A stretch of DNA of 64,000 nt from Octopus sinensis. Its lineage: Eukaryota. Shown piece after piece: positions 1-13,746 of this stretch. The translations under genes and the position numbers were made by a program. The DNA lies in contig NC_043000.1 of assembly GCF_006345805.1 (NCBI RefSeq), positions 77,500,001 to 77,564,000 on the forward strand. The letters run 5' to 3'. The stretch's first letter is position 1. Every line of letters starts with the position of its first letter. The notes under the pieces are model-generated. The model saw only the letters and a program-made list of their open reading frames with translations, made no database searches and had not been told where the DNA came from.

Positions 1-149
1 TTGCCAGACAGTGACTGCTGCTACTATTGTAGCTGCTGCTTCCGCTGCTTTTACATTTGTTGTTCGTATATCTTCTGCTCTCTTCCAGTGGAAAATGAAA
101 AATGAAAAAGGATCGTTATGAGTTCCTCATTATCACTATAAATACCTGA

Positions 150-350
150 TATTTATATGGGTTTCAAATATTGACACAAGGCTAGCAATTTCGGGGAGGG
201 ACTGTGCTCAACTGGTACATATTTCATCGACCCTGAAAAGTCAAAAGGCAAAATAGATCTCGGCGGAAGTTGAACGCAAAGCATAAAGAGGGGAACGAAA
301 TGTTAAGCATTTTGTCCTGCGTGACAACGATTCTGCCAGCTCACCGCCTT
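150..350 (-). mobile_element. SINE-like repeat, family with 5' head AGGCGG(T/C)GAGCTGGCAGAATCGTT
   Basis: The reverse complement begins aggcggtgagctggcagaatcgtt. The same head recurs at about 38876-38945 (+), inside a mariner relic, and partially near 39505-39520 (-). Confidence 0.55.
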
Positions 351-402
351 AGTTAATGTTTACATTAAACAGCTCTGAATACACATTGAAAAAAATGTTT
401 AG

Positions 403-412
403 TAGTAGTAGC

Positions 413-465
<53 letters not shown>

Positions 466-466
466 A
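403..466. repeat. (AGT)n microsatellite
   Basis: Direct reading: about 20 near-perfect AGT units. Confidence 0.95.
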
Positions 467-790
467 AGTCTGATGGTGGTGGTGGTAGGTTTGTTGTGAA
501 ATGCCATGCTCTAGGGTGCTGTACTTAGGGGATTATATTGTGTAATTTAGTGCAGTGTAATACATAGCATATCGTTGTGTTATACAGTTTAGTTCCGTGT
601 ATACGTTGACTTCCTAAACTCACTGTATTGGTTGCATCCTTTTTTGTTTAGTCTAGCGAATGTCCCTAAAATCATATTCCAAATTGTTATTGCATTCAAA
701 TGTATGCATGTATGTGTATATGTATCTATGTATGCATACATATGTGCATGTATGTATATATTATATATGTATATGTTATATATATATAAT

Positions 791-822
<32 letters not shown>

Positions 823-1153
823 AATATATATATATATTTGTATATGTTATGTAAAGTGTAAGTTAGAGATGTTACGCCTTCTAAGCGACAGAAGTATCCC
901 GAAGCACTCCTGGTAATTACCTCAGTAAATATGGTCCTTGATATAAGGTATACGGTACCAGGTTTAATGTATATATAGACGATAAGAAAACGGAGGAAAA
1001 AACAACAAATAGCAGTGTGTCTGTTATGCTAAAAAGCCATTATTTAATTAAGCAAGGTGAGGGTAGGAGTGGGTTTACAGCTGTTTCTGTGTACCAAAGT
1101 AGAGGTAAATAGGTGTTTACCTCGTTGCAAATAGTACACACACACGTATATGC

Positions 1154-1203
<50 letters not shown>

Positions 1204-1230
1204 TTCGAAATTGTCTTTGTGGTCTTTCAC

Positions 1231-1309
<79 letters not shown>

Positions 1310-3408
1310 TGTATATATGTATGCATATGCGTATGTGTATGTATGTACATGTGAGCATACACGTATGTATTACTTGTATTGTTTACATTTAGTTACCCGT
1401 CGCGTTTATTTGAATTAATTTCTTACGTAGTTACTACTTTGCATTTTTGTATATTTTATTTAACAATTATTTGTTTATTATTTACTTAATAATAATGTTT
1501 TTTATTCCCTTACTTCAACCATGTGCATGCTCTTATATGCGCGAACGAATGAGAGTGTTTGTATGTATGTATGCAAGAGCAAAATTGTGTATGAATAAAT
1601 ATCTTACACAAATTAACATACATATATACATGGACTCACGTACATTCGTATGTGCGTATAATAATATGCCTATATGCATATATGAATAAGCATATAACAA
1701 TTATAAGAATGATGTTTATTTGCTTTACATGATTGCTGCATGTATTTCATGCATTTCTATAAGTGTATTGTTATTTAGACACGAGAAATTACTTCTTTCG
1801 CTCTACTATATTAATATTTATATCTGTTATTACCAGCATTAAACCGAGTCCTGATGAGATTCATATAGTTGGACTATGAAGGATTTGTGCTGCCCAAATA
1901 GAAATGCTTCCTCACGCGCCATTGGCCTTTGGAAGAATTTACAGGCCGGTGTTGGCAACATTGTAATATGTCTGCGTGATATCTTGTGTACCGATGTGAA
2001 TTCTGACAAGAGATATTTTAAAAATTTGGAAGTACACAGATTGTAACAATATGTCTAATGTCTTACTGACCTCTAACCGATCAATTTAATACATGAAACA
2101 TTAATTTATGTCTCGAGTAAGCTAAAAACACGTTTAAATGATAATTAGTATTATCATTGTTATATCATATTATCATCATTTTTAATATTTTTAAAGAACA
2201 GTATGATTTTTAATAAACTAGTACCCTGATACCATTCTGAATTTCTGAAAGTTTGGTCATGCTGATTAAATTTTTCTTTAAATTGTCTTTAATTTACCCA
2301 CTAAATCCTTTAGACGCTACACTGAATTATCAGCTATAATTACGTTCGCACGGTACACTATTGATTTAAACATTATTAAACATTAATGTTTTCATTTTTA
2401 TTGTTGGTCTGAGGAGGTCTGTACACAATCTTAAAGGTCATGTAAACTGAAAATAGATATTTATATAATAACTGTGGTAAAAGCTGGTAATCATTAACTG
2501 TGTTAGAGTCATTTTCCATTTGCGGATTATTAATAATTATTAGTCACATTCATTCATTGACTCAACATCGATCGTGTATATATCTAATTTGCGTCTATGT
2601 GTATATAAGTTTGTATGTATGTCTGTATATTTGAATGTGTATATGTCTTTAAGGTTCTTCTACTTGACTGAAGCTTTAGAGTTTACTTAGAGGTGCCATG
2701 TGCTCGGTGGTAAGGTTCTAAAGAAAGAGTTTTGTTCCAGATATCACGATCATCCGTAGCTACTTTATGATGTGCTGCATTTTCACCAAGTTAGTACATA
2801 TAATATTACTGCAATAATAAAATTGGAAGCGTATTTTGAAATTCGCAGAATTCAAACTGCTCATTAACAAATTGACAAAGCTTCTAGATTTAGGTGAAAT
2901 AAATTTCTAAGTTCGTGAATATATGAGTAGGTGACTTTGTGTATATATGTGGACATTTACAAGAACGTATTTGCGCTAAGTTTGTGTGTGCGTCTAAGTG
3001 AGAATATGCGCGCGCAAGTGTATGTGTAAGTATGTGACATACGCATATCTGATTCTACGTCTTCATTCATAGAAAAACAATTGAAAAATAGTTGGAATGT
3101 TTCATAAATCTTCACTTGTAGCACTAATCAAGCGAATATGGAAAATGCGTGCCGATTTAGCTTTGTTCTTTCGTCGGAGAACCAGTTTTTCGAGAGTTTT
3201 ATGCAAATCTGTGTTCACATAACCCAGTACAGCATTGATAATAGGTACAAATGTAAATTTTAAACCTAGATACAAAATCTGCAAGTTCATCAATGGTGTT
3301 ATATTTACTCATACTAACATACATATATATATACAACAAACATACGTATGTATATATCTATATATGTATATATGTATGTGTGTACGTATGTATGCATGTA
3401 AGTGTATG

Positions 3409-3453
<45 letters not shown>

Positions 3454-4224
3454 TATATATATATGCATACAAATACACACACACAAATATGCACACACAC
3501 ATACACACACATAAATATATGAAAATGCGTGTGTGTACGTATGTGTGTATTATGTGTCTATTATAAATAGACACAGAAAAAATAATACGATGATCAAATG
3601 ATCTATTTTGGTTATGACTCAATCACCAATAAAGTTATAAAATCAGAAACAAGCTATCGATTTTTTGTTGAAAATAGAATTCCACATATACATATATGTA
3701 TAATATATAAGTATGTGTGTGTGTGTGTGCATGTGTGTGTGTGTGTACATGCGTGAGTGTATAGACACCCCATATACAGGCTCCATACACACAGAAACAT
3801 GTGCCTTTAGACACAGATATAAATATTCATATATAAATATACATATACCTATACACATGTGTATGTAGATGTACACGTCTACATACACACATTTATATAT
3901 GATTGTACATCTATATCTATAAAAGGCAGGATGTGTGTGTGTGTGCGTACGTGAATGTAATTTATGCACGCTCACAAATTTGCACGTATGTCGCTTCACT
4001 TTTAGAAAGACATTGGTCACGACCATGGCTGTGTTTTTGTCAACGTATTTTCCCTGAGGCACCCGCGAATAGCGGTAAAAATCGATTTTCAACCATAACT
4101 TTTACCAGTTTCCACGTCGGTGAAATCCGTAAGTTTGCTAACATGAGTTAAGTCCCCTGTCTAGCAATGGCGAAAAAGAAAAACAAAGGGTAAATTTTTA
4201 GATTAACACCCACACGATTTTCAC

Positions 4225-4790
4225 TAAGAAGAAAAATTGGATTTTTTGCGTAGAATCAAGTACCCTAAACTCCTAATATGCTGCAAATCCCTTATTTTAG
4301 TTCGGAAAAAAGGGGGTATGGGGAGAGCCCCCCCCCCATACCAGAATCATTGGAATTTTTTTTTTCGTTGAATGAATTCCTGTGACCTCATAATATGCTA
4401 CAAAACCCTTTTTCGGGTCTGAAAAACGGGGTGGAGTGAGGTGGAAACCTCGGAAATTTCACCCCCACCCTCATTGATCTTTTTTACCCGTACGATTTTC
4501 TTTAAGGAGAAGAAATAAAAATTTGGATTTCTTTTTTTTTTTTGTGTGGAATCAAGTACCCTGACCTCCTAATATGCTGCAAATCCCTAATTTCCGTTCG
4601 GAATAAAGGAGGTGGGGCGAGAAGGGACCCCCCATCCCGGAATCATTGGGAATTTTTTTTTCGTTGAATAAATTCCTGTGACCTGCTAATATGCTACAAA
4701 ACCCTATTGGGGGTCCGAAAAATGGGGTGGGGTGAGGTGGAAGCCTCGGAAATTTTACCCACTCCCAATATTTTACAGTAATAAATTTTT
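4225..4790. repeat. About 296-bp imperfect tandem duplication with an internal sub-repeat
   Basis: aatcaagtaccct occurs at 4254 and 4550. Each unit carries ctcctaatatgctgcaaatccc and a diverged second copy about 120 bp later. Confidence 0.8.
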
Positions 4791-4823
4791 CAATGTGTGA
4801 ATTACATGGTTCGTTATTAAACA

Positions 4824-5510
4824 TCTATATATAATAGATTTTGTGACATTTATATTGTGTGTATATATATATATTATATATAATCCGTCTTGTCTGTCTG
4901 TGTGTCTTCTTGGATCTCGGGCATCCTCCATCCGATTGCGCTCAAATTTGATATGTAGATACCGATGGTATCAGGGCGTGTATAAGTCTTGAAAAATTAC
5001 AAAAATCGATTCCAGGTGAGAATGCGATCGATAAAGCCGTGGGAACGTGCATTTGTACGCGCAAGTACATCAGCTGCTGCGATCGATATTAAGCGTGCAA
5101 AAAAAAGCCTGCTGGCCACAAAATGCAGTATATTTAAGAGACCAAAGAAGTAAGGTGCAAAAGAGATATTTTCTTCAAACTTGGCATGAATGAAGGAAAG
5201 ACTATTTGGTTTCTCAAGAAGTTTTGTTTTTTGCTTTAACTTCGTTTAACAAAACCAAAAATTTTATTGGAATAAAGGCATGCTTAATTATTTTTTAATG
5301 AAAACATTGATTGCTTTTTATTCAAGGAAGAAAATACTATATTCTTGCTAATAAATGATTTACCATGTTTGTGTTCTCCCAGTCAACAACCTTATCATTA
5401 CTGGTACTTTAAACTTTTCGGTTGCATATTTGTGTGAATAAATTCGTTTTTCTTTGGAATAGAAAAAAGTCTATCTTTATTTCTTCTTTTGCTGGTGTCT
5501 CAAATTTAGG
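4824..5510 (+). mobile_element. Non-autonomous Helitron-like element, 5' part
   Basis: Starts A|TCTATATATAA, followed by a (GTCT)n tract and atccgattgcgctcaaatttg, a layout typical of non-autonomous Helitrons. The 3' end was not located. Confidence 0.4.
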
Positions 5511-6339
5511 TTAAATCAGTGTTTCTCAAAAGGGAGGCCTATGGGACGGTCGGACAAGTTGTTTTGAGAAAATTTGGTTTAAATGTTCGACAACTCAGCA
5601 CCGTCCATTGGACGGGGGGGGGGATTTTGTGCATATATGTATATATATATATATATTTGGAATACCTTGGGTACACATATAAAGCTATAAATAATAACAT
5701 GTAAATATTGAGTTGGAAAGCCCTTTTGAATGGAAAAAGATGAAGGTTGCCCATGCTGTATGGACCCTACATCTCCTGTAGACCACTAATCTGAGTCTTC
5801 CATCTCTTGTATGTTTATTAAGTCCATCTTTTGTATATTCACTATCATCAAGTTGATTGAAGAACATGCCAGAGACTGAGACACACATTGCGCAGTAAAC
5901 TGAGTAAACTGTCAGTTGTAAACCTCTGAATAAACGAATATGCTCTACAACATGTATTGAGTACTTCTTCTTTTGCAAGCAAATTTTATGTGTTCACACG
6001 CAAGCACATAAATAACAAATAGATAACATAATCAAATCATATATTAAATGATTATCTAATTATATATACTCCTACACACACACATCCATCCCTCACATTT
6101 TCATATGTACACCTCTCCCTCACCTTTTCATGTGTACATATACATACATTTATACATGCACTCAATAATGCGAATAACCCATCCTTGTTTTTTTCCTGTC
6201 CGTCTTTGTATAGTCTAACCTTCTGGATGTTTTATTGCCGTCTGTTGCGTTCTTCTTTTTTTTTTTGGATATATATATACACACTTGCATATAGCTTCCT
6301 TCCCCGCCGGCTAAACATCATACGCACCGAATCGTCAGA

Positions 6340-7617
6340 CCAAATTCCATCACCGCGATATCATTTTTAAAGTGGCCGATAAAAGCGAAGCTGTAGTAGT
6401 AAAAAGCTTTGACTTTTACATGGAGTAAGCGTTCCGACAGCGTTTTAACCCCGATTTTTATCGATTCCTGCTCTCTGATCCTACCCGTCCAACCAGCTGC
6501 CTGTGTCCCGCACCATCTATGACCTCGTCTCGTATTCTGCACTCCCCCTACTGCCACCAATCTCATCGTCCTAACTCCTTGCACTTCCACCATCTATTTC
6601 TTCTTCAAAATCCATAAACCCAACAACCTTAGCCGTCCTTTCATTTCCACCTGTAACTGTCCCACAAAACAAATTTCAAAATATCTTGACCTCATCCTTT
6701 CCTGCTTAGTTGCTTCACTTCCGTTCCGCATTCATGACACCAACCATTTCCTCCACCCATTCCATTCCTTTTCCTTCTCACCTGGCTTCTACAGCCTCCA
6801 CTTTATCTGGACACAAAATCCCCATACACCGTCATTCCCCAGTACTTCATCAACCATTGCACCATCACCACACTGCGCACATCTACAATTCTCCGCCTTG
6901 CTGAACTTGCACTCATCATTAACTGATTCACGAGGTTTACCAGCAGATATTGGAGTTGCCATAGAAAGGAAAATAGGCTCCCAACTTCGCAAGCATGGTT
7001 ATGTTGAGGCTCAGATCTTCTCCCAGTTCTCCGGACCGACCCCCGAGCTATTTTTCCGGTACATAGACAACTGTACTGGACCTAACTCCCTCTTCCATGA
7101 ACAACTCACTAACTTCATCCCTTTCGTTTCTACTTTTCATTCTTTCCTTGAGTTCACTTCTATCATCTCCGCCATTTCTGTCAACTTTCTGGACATCTCC
7201 CTCTCTACTGATTGTCTAATCTCTCACCTCTTCCGTTTGCTTCAATGCTTCTGACTCACACCTCTACCTCAACGTTTTCTCTTCCCTCCTCCACCACACA
7301 CGTCCACATACCCATATACGTAACTTATACTCCCCACACACAACATACATATCTACGCACGCGCGCATGCAAACACACATACACACACGCGCACACGTAT
7401 ACTCACGTTTCTACATCCCAGAATGCATAAAAAGTCTTGTACTATACCAATACGCACACATACACGCAAGTGCAAATTACATACATACACACAAACATAT
7501 ATGCTCACACACGTCACCTCGCTTCTCAACCACACGTCCGTCCACCACTAATTTTACTACTGCTGCAAACTTATTTGCTTCACTCCCTCAACCATACATC
7601 ACTCACAAAAAACACAA

Positions 7618-7648
<31 letters not shown>

Positions 7649-7652
7649 CACA

Positions 7653-7694
<42 letters not shown>

Positions 7695-7800
7695 TCCATT
7701 TGTACACTCTCCTGCTTTCAAAGATCACTTTACCTCTCACCACTTCTGACGAAAAACCTTGTTCGAAACGTCACACACCCTCTAAGCGTCAATCAAATAT
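6340..7800 (+). mobile_element. Decayed Penelope-like element: RT remnant, CA-rich spacer, HHR-bearing terminus
   Basis: Translated fragments IIFKVADKSEAVVV, KIHKPNNLSRPFISTCNCPT and GYVEAQIFSQFSGPTPELFFRYIDNCTG are homologous to the element at 55.8-61.9 kb. Stops and frameshifts are present. Confidence 0.85.
7741..7777 (+). ncRNA. Minimal hammerhead ribozyme motif (decayed stems)
   Basis: CUGACGA-A-AAAC-cuu-GUUC-GAAA-C-GUC. Homologous to the motif at 61755-61789. Stem II has an A.C mismatch at its base and stem I is weak. Confidence 0.6.
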
Positions 7801-7981
7801 ATTCACTGTGTATGCCCTTTTGTCATTTGTTGCTTTTCATGTATATTTGACTTGCCTTTCTCTCTCTTCTTTCTTTCTTTCTCTCTCTCTCTCTCTATAT
7901 ATATATACGTATTTATCTGTATATATGTATGTGTGTGTGTATGTTTGAGTGAGTGTGAGTGAGTGTGTGCCTGAATATCTA

Positions 7982-8017
<36 letters not shown>

Positions 8018-8422
8018 TAGATATTCAGGCACATACATATATATATATATACATGCATATATATATATATATATGTATGTATGTATATATGAATACATTA
8101 AATATACTCCTATATTTTCGTATACGCACATCCGCACACACATGCTTATACATTACAGTCATTCTGCATGCATTAGTAATTGCCTAACATCAACCGCAAG
8201 TCAATGTACATCTAACTATGTATATAGAAGAGCAATTATATATTTTATGTCTTTATGGCTTGACATTGTAAGCTTATGTACGTATATGCGCGTACATATA
8301 GGTACTTATGTATATTAGGTAGATGCTGCTGTGATGATAATGGATAATGGTATTAGACTGGAAAGATAATCGCCAGTTTTATACATACATACTTTCATGT
8401 ATATATACATAAATAAATACGC

Positions 8423-8473
<51 letters not shown>

Positions 8474-8495
8474 ATACACATACATACATACATAC

Positions 8496-8547
<52 letters not shown>

Positions 8548-8915
8548 CATACATATTTATATACATACATTCTACGGATATGTTTATAAAACATTATATA
8601 GTATATATAAACGAACACACACATACACACAGATATACATACACCCAAATATATTTATGATGTACATGAATTGATATCTTACCACGTTAATATCCCGATC
8701 TTTTGGGTTATTACACATAAATATCATAGCAACGAAGGAACACACTCACACAGCACAATGCACCTACCTACCGTAGGCACAACCACATATACATATACAC
8801 AAAGCTATACAAATGCATATATATATATATATATATATATATGCATGCATATAGGTTTTATGTATGTGTGTGCATAGATATATGTGTGTATATGTCTGTG
8901 TCTGTATATATATAT

Positions 8916-8996
<81 letters not shown>

Positions 8997-9290
8997 TATA
9001 TATATTTATACACACACACACACACATATACACAAATGCGCTGACGTACATACTCACACATACATATATGCACTCACATACAGACACACATATATGCGTA
9101 TACATACTGACTTGCCCATATATACTCAGGAATATATGCATACTTAAAAACACATAGATATATATTGTTGTATGTGTGTGTGAAATGGATACACACATGC
9201 ATGTAAAACAACTCAGAACAGCAAATATTAATAAAATAGCACTTGACTGATTTATGTGGCGTATAAAGTTTATTTCTATAATGAAAGGTT

Positions 9291-9335
9291 GAGAGTGACT
9301 TTGAAGTTTCGCTGGTTGTTGGCTTCGTCAGCTTT
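9291..9335 (-). ncRNA. Orphan hammerhead-like motif
   Basis: The minus strand reads CUGACGA-A-GC-caacaacca-GC-GAAA-CU-ucaa-AG-UC. Stem II is only 2 bp and stem I is poor. Confidence 0.4.
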
Positions 9336-9454
9336 ATTGTCGAATATACCGGTGATATGCTTCAATCCATGTTGTAGGTTGAGTATAACCAGTACCATTA
9401 GATGTGGTACACACACACACATTGATAAAAACGCAGATATTTATTTATACATGC

Positions 9455-9511
<57 letters not shown>

Positions 9512-9581
9512 ATAGATAGATAGATAGACGCACAGACATATATACATATAAATGCATATTTATGTATGTGAATATATATAT

Positions 9582-9625
<44 letters not shown>

Positions 9626-10679
9626 TAACCTGTAATGAAACTTATAAAAGATCAACTATAGCACACACGTACACACTTACAAATATACTTATAAAATATG
9701 TAAACACACACACACACAAACAAACATACATTGTATACATACAAATACATGTAGATAGTTATAGATGTATACAGATAAATATGTACACACATTTCCTGTC
9801 ATGCGCATATACACACAGTAATTGAACATATGTACATACATATTCAATGAAAACACACATACACACTCTCCCATAGGTATCCACACACACTCATTGTGCT
9901 GTACATGTAGACACACATACATACACATAGACACACACACACATCCAGTCACTCGCACATGCATACACACATACCGATACACATATGCAGGCACAAATTC
10001 ACTGACAAATACACACTCACACCCACTTAATGCGCCAAAGCAACTATGAAGAGATGGAAATTAGTTGTATAAAAAAAATGCGGTGTAAGAATTGGACCAA
10101 ACACGGAATTATAAATAAAGTTAAGAAGGAATATTATCGTGGTGTTATATTAATAATCAAGACAAGGTAAAAGTTAAAACATTGAGGCATGAATATTCTA
10201 GGTGTCCAAGTTATAGTTAAAATTGGATACTAAGTGAATTTGTAAGACTAGAAAGAAAATGATTAGCATTTACAATGCATCGCACAAAATCTGACAAAAT
10301 GATTACATTTTCCACGAATAGAAGTAGGGGCTCATAAAAAAGTGGAAGAAAAAATTTATGAAATATATTCAATATAACTACAAAACTATCGAGTGAAGAT
10401 TAATGGAAAACCAATGTAAATCGCTGCAAACGGCGAACAAAACTAAAAACTATTTTCTGTCCTCAAGGATGGTAACAGATAGAAAGAAAGCCTAAAATAA
10501 CAGACTGGTTGAGAAATAAAAAAAAAAAAGAGACTCGACAAAATGAATTATGAAAAAGTTTAAAACTAGCCTAAAAGTACAATTTCATGAAGCAATGAAA
10601 AAAGCTACTACATCACAAACAACCAAAATAACAGAACGAGTTGGAATTAGACAAAGAAATCTCTGCGAAATCCCAGTAC

Positions 10680-11200
10680 AGGGCTCAAGGTTGAAACTGT
10701 ATGTTTGTTAATTGCAGCACAGGATCCCAATGTTACAACAGGTTATCCCTACATGAATGTGATGATACGGAATGCATTAGACATCTTCAGAATATCTGAA
10801 GCTTGGTTTGAAGCTTGGTTATCTAACCAAGAGCTCACCTAGTCTTAACCAAGAAAGGATGTATCTACAAGCATGACATCGCAATTTATATCTGCATTAT
10901 GAAATACCAATAGAAAAAAATAATATAAACATACATCAGAAAAGGTAATAAAAAATAACTTTGTAACTATAAATTGGAATAGGTCAAACTTCACTGACAA
11001 GGAAATTAAAATTAATAAAGCAGATAGCGTCGTCAAGTACAACCATGAAGTTAGATACATCCTAACTGACATATCAATTCCAAAAGATGATAATGTATCA
11101 AAGAACTGGAGAAATGTACTGAATATAGAAACCTGGAAATAGAAGTAACACGAATGTGAAGACTGGAAGCAGAAAGGATACCTATGTGACTTCAGGTTTC
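10680..11200 (+). pseudogene. R4/Dong-like non-LTR retrotransposon C-terminus with restriction-like endonuclease, decayed
   Basis: Translations GLKVETVCLLIAAQD, WNRSNFTDKEIKINKADSVVKY..ILTDISIPKDDNVS and EKCTEYRNLEIEVTRM match R4-clade motifs (LxxETExxxxAAQD; D..I.ANRPDIV...LIDxSIP; KYxDLEIEVxRMW). Confidence 0.7.
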
Positions 11201-11762
11201 AGAAAATATGCAGACAAAGACATAACCCGGTAAACATGCTAAAGATATCACTACAAGGAACTGAAATGCTATTATTATGAGTATATGCAGGCTTAGATAT
11301 AAACCCCAAGCTTAATTTTTCGCTTGTTCAGAGAAGACTTCTAATTTAGACAGTTGATAGTAGGTAGAGTCTCCTTTGTATCGTAGCCATCTGGCAATCT
11401 GCTAACACACGATTCCATTCCTGGAGGGGATTCTTCTCCAGTATTTCTACCTGAAGGGTATTTTAACAAAATATTATGAACTATTAACCAGAACTTCCTT
11501 AGTATTTGCATGTCAGTCAATAGGATTTAATACGCACGCACCCTACGCACACTCTCTCTCACAACATATATATGTGTGTGTATACGTATATATTGCACAC
11601 ACACGCACACATACATATATAAAGAGAGAGAAGAGAGAGAGAGGGCAGAAGAAGATGAAGAGAGAGAGAGAAACAAATGAATCCAGATTTATTCATGATT
11701 TAATCAGTTTCGTAGGTTTCAAATAGAAAGACAAACATTACAATGCTGCAATACATCAAGTA

Positions 11763-13746
11763 CACTGGTCACCAAAATTAAATGTATTATACTCATTATG
11801 AATGCAAACTAACTTTTTTAGACTAATTTTTCATGCTGATTTTAAAATTTCACTCTATTTGTATACAGCACGTATCAGCTTTTCAGTAGATACATTTACA
11901 TATTTGTATTTATGAAATCAGTAACGTAATAATGACATTATTTTTAGAAAGTAAATGAGTTTATTGGGTTAAAAATCATCACTATCATTCTACAAAGAGT
12001 AACTACACAAAATATGGATCAGACAAAAAAGACAAAGTTAGAGCAATAGAGTTAGAAACATTGTGATTTGGATTTCCTGCGGTGTTTCTGATCTGGTTGA
12101 TCATGGTAAAGTGTCCAGCAGTAGTCAGCCAGCATACTGTCATTCCAGAAGCCTTGTTACCGTTTTCCATAGCACTAATACCCTGGTGAAATCTTTCACC
12201 ATGTTCATTAAACACTGCTCCAAGGTTATCTGCAAAGAAATCCAAATAGGAGTTCAAGAAGTGAACTTTCAGTGACATACGACAACCCATTGCTGAGTAA
12301 TTTCAGAAGATTCTTGATGCCAACCTTGTAGTCCATTGCCTTCTTGTTGCCCAAGAAATTCTCACAGATCCAATTGAAAGCATTCCAGGCAGGCAGTTCC
12401 AGTTCAACCAGTGTTGTCTTGAAGTTGACATCTTTGAGCTCTTCTCTAATTTAGGGTCCGACAAAGATACCCTTTTTCAACTTCACTTGTGTGATTGTAG
12501 GAAATTTTCCTACAGTATACTCAGACCCTCTGACATATCTCTTCCCTAGAGTCTTTACAAACTGTTTCATCAGTTCAAGCTTTATGTGCAAAGGAGGCAA
12601 TAGGATATTACGTGGATCTACAAGAGGTGTATTCTTGACGCTAGACAGTCCTGGCTGGTATCATGTTCTTGTCTACCAGTTTGATTCCGAATAATGTCTG
12701 TCAGTTGCCCAACTATCCCATAAACACAAGAAACAACAGTATTTTGTGAAACCTGACTGCATTCCCATTAACATTCCAATGACTTTTAAATCTCCACATA
12801 TTTTCCATGAGTATCTTTTATAGGCAATGGCATGAAGGAAAAGTTCCATGAAGATAAATGGAGTGTGCAGTAGGAATGGAGGACTTCAAATTACCATTAT
12901 GGTGAAGTACAGCTTCTAAACTTCATTTTGAAGAGTCAATAAACAAACGCCACTCGGCAGGATCATGATTTTGTAATAAACATTTGAAAAGTCTATCGAT
13001 GTGAACTGCAAAACCAAAGCGGGCCTTCAACAGAAAAACACGTTTGTAGAACAACATTTCTCTGCCGAAAATAAGTTATGCGATCACCGTGCTCTAGCAG
13101 ATACTTCTTCAGTCTTGATGCCAATAATTCTGCTTTATCTTTTTAGAGGGATAGGTCTCTGACAAGGTCGTTCAGTTCAGCTATCGTCATCAGCTACGTA
13201 ATCTTCCTCAGCAGTACTATCGTGACAATTAGCATCAACATCTGATGTTTCAGTACCATCATCTGGTGGAGCTAGAATTGGCATACTTTCATTGTGAGAT
13301 ACAGGTCTCATTGTAGACCCCAAATTAGGATACACAAGTTTATTCTTCATAGAAAATCCCGTGACATTTACTTTGCAAAAATAACAGTCATTAAAATGGT
13401 TTTTCAGCTCCCTTCATATCATTGGAATGGTAAAAGGCATGAACTTCTTCTATTGAACCAGTCACATAAGCCATTTGAGCAAGCTGAGCAGATAAAATGT
13501 GGTGCCCATAACTTGTCCTTGACATATGCTTGATAAAAAATACTTGTTGAGCAGTGTTATGTATATTTAATCGATCTCGTACATGTTCCACTAAAATGTA
13601 ATGGTGATATAGCATTTTAATCGATTGAATATGCATAATTGATACAATGCAGCATTTTGAGGTATGCCGTTCTATTTGAAAAGTACGCGGCTAATTAAAT
13701 CATGAATAAATCTTCATTCTTTTGTGTTTTTAGAAATTGGACTAGT
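11763..13746 (-). mobile_element. Chapaev3-like (CMC superfamily) DNA transposon, decayed transposase
   Basis: Minus-strand fragments DKLWAPHFICSACSNGL (near the N-terminus) and GCRMSLKVHFLNSYLDFFADNLGAVFNEHGERFHQGI (C-terminus). The ends read CACTGGTC (11763) and, as reverse complement, CACTAGTC (13746). The family name is from memory of these motifs. Confidence 0.7.

Noticed and set aside
1846-1910. CUGAUGAG...GAAA as a hammerhead
   Set aside because: Stem I does not pair and stem II does not close next to the core.
5710-5900. SPFEWKKMK...LSLPS, vaguely like a hAT dimerisation domain
   Set aside because: Too few conserved residues, and interrupted by stops.
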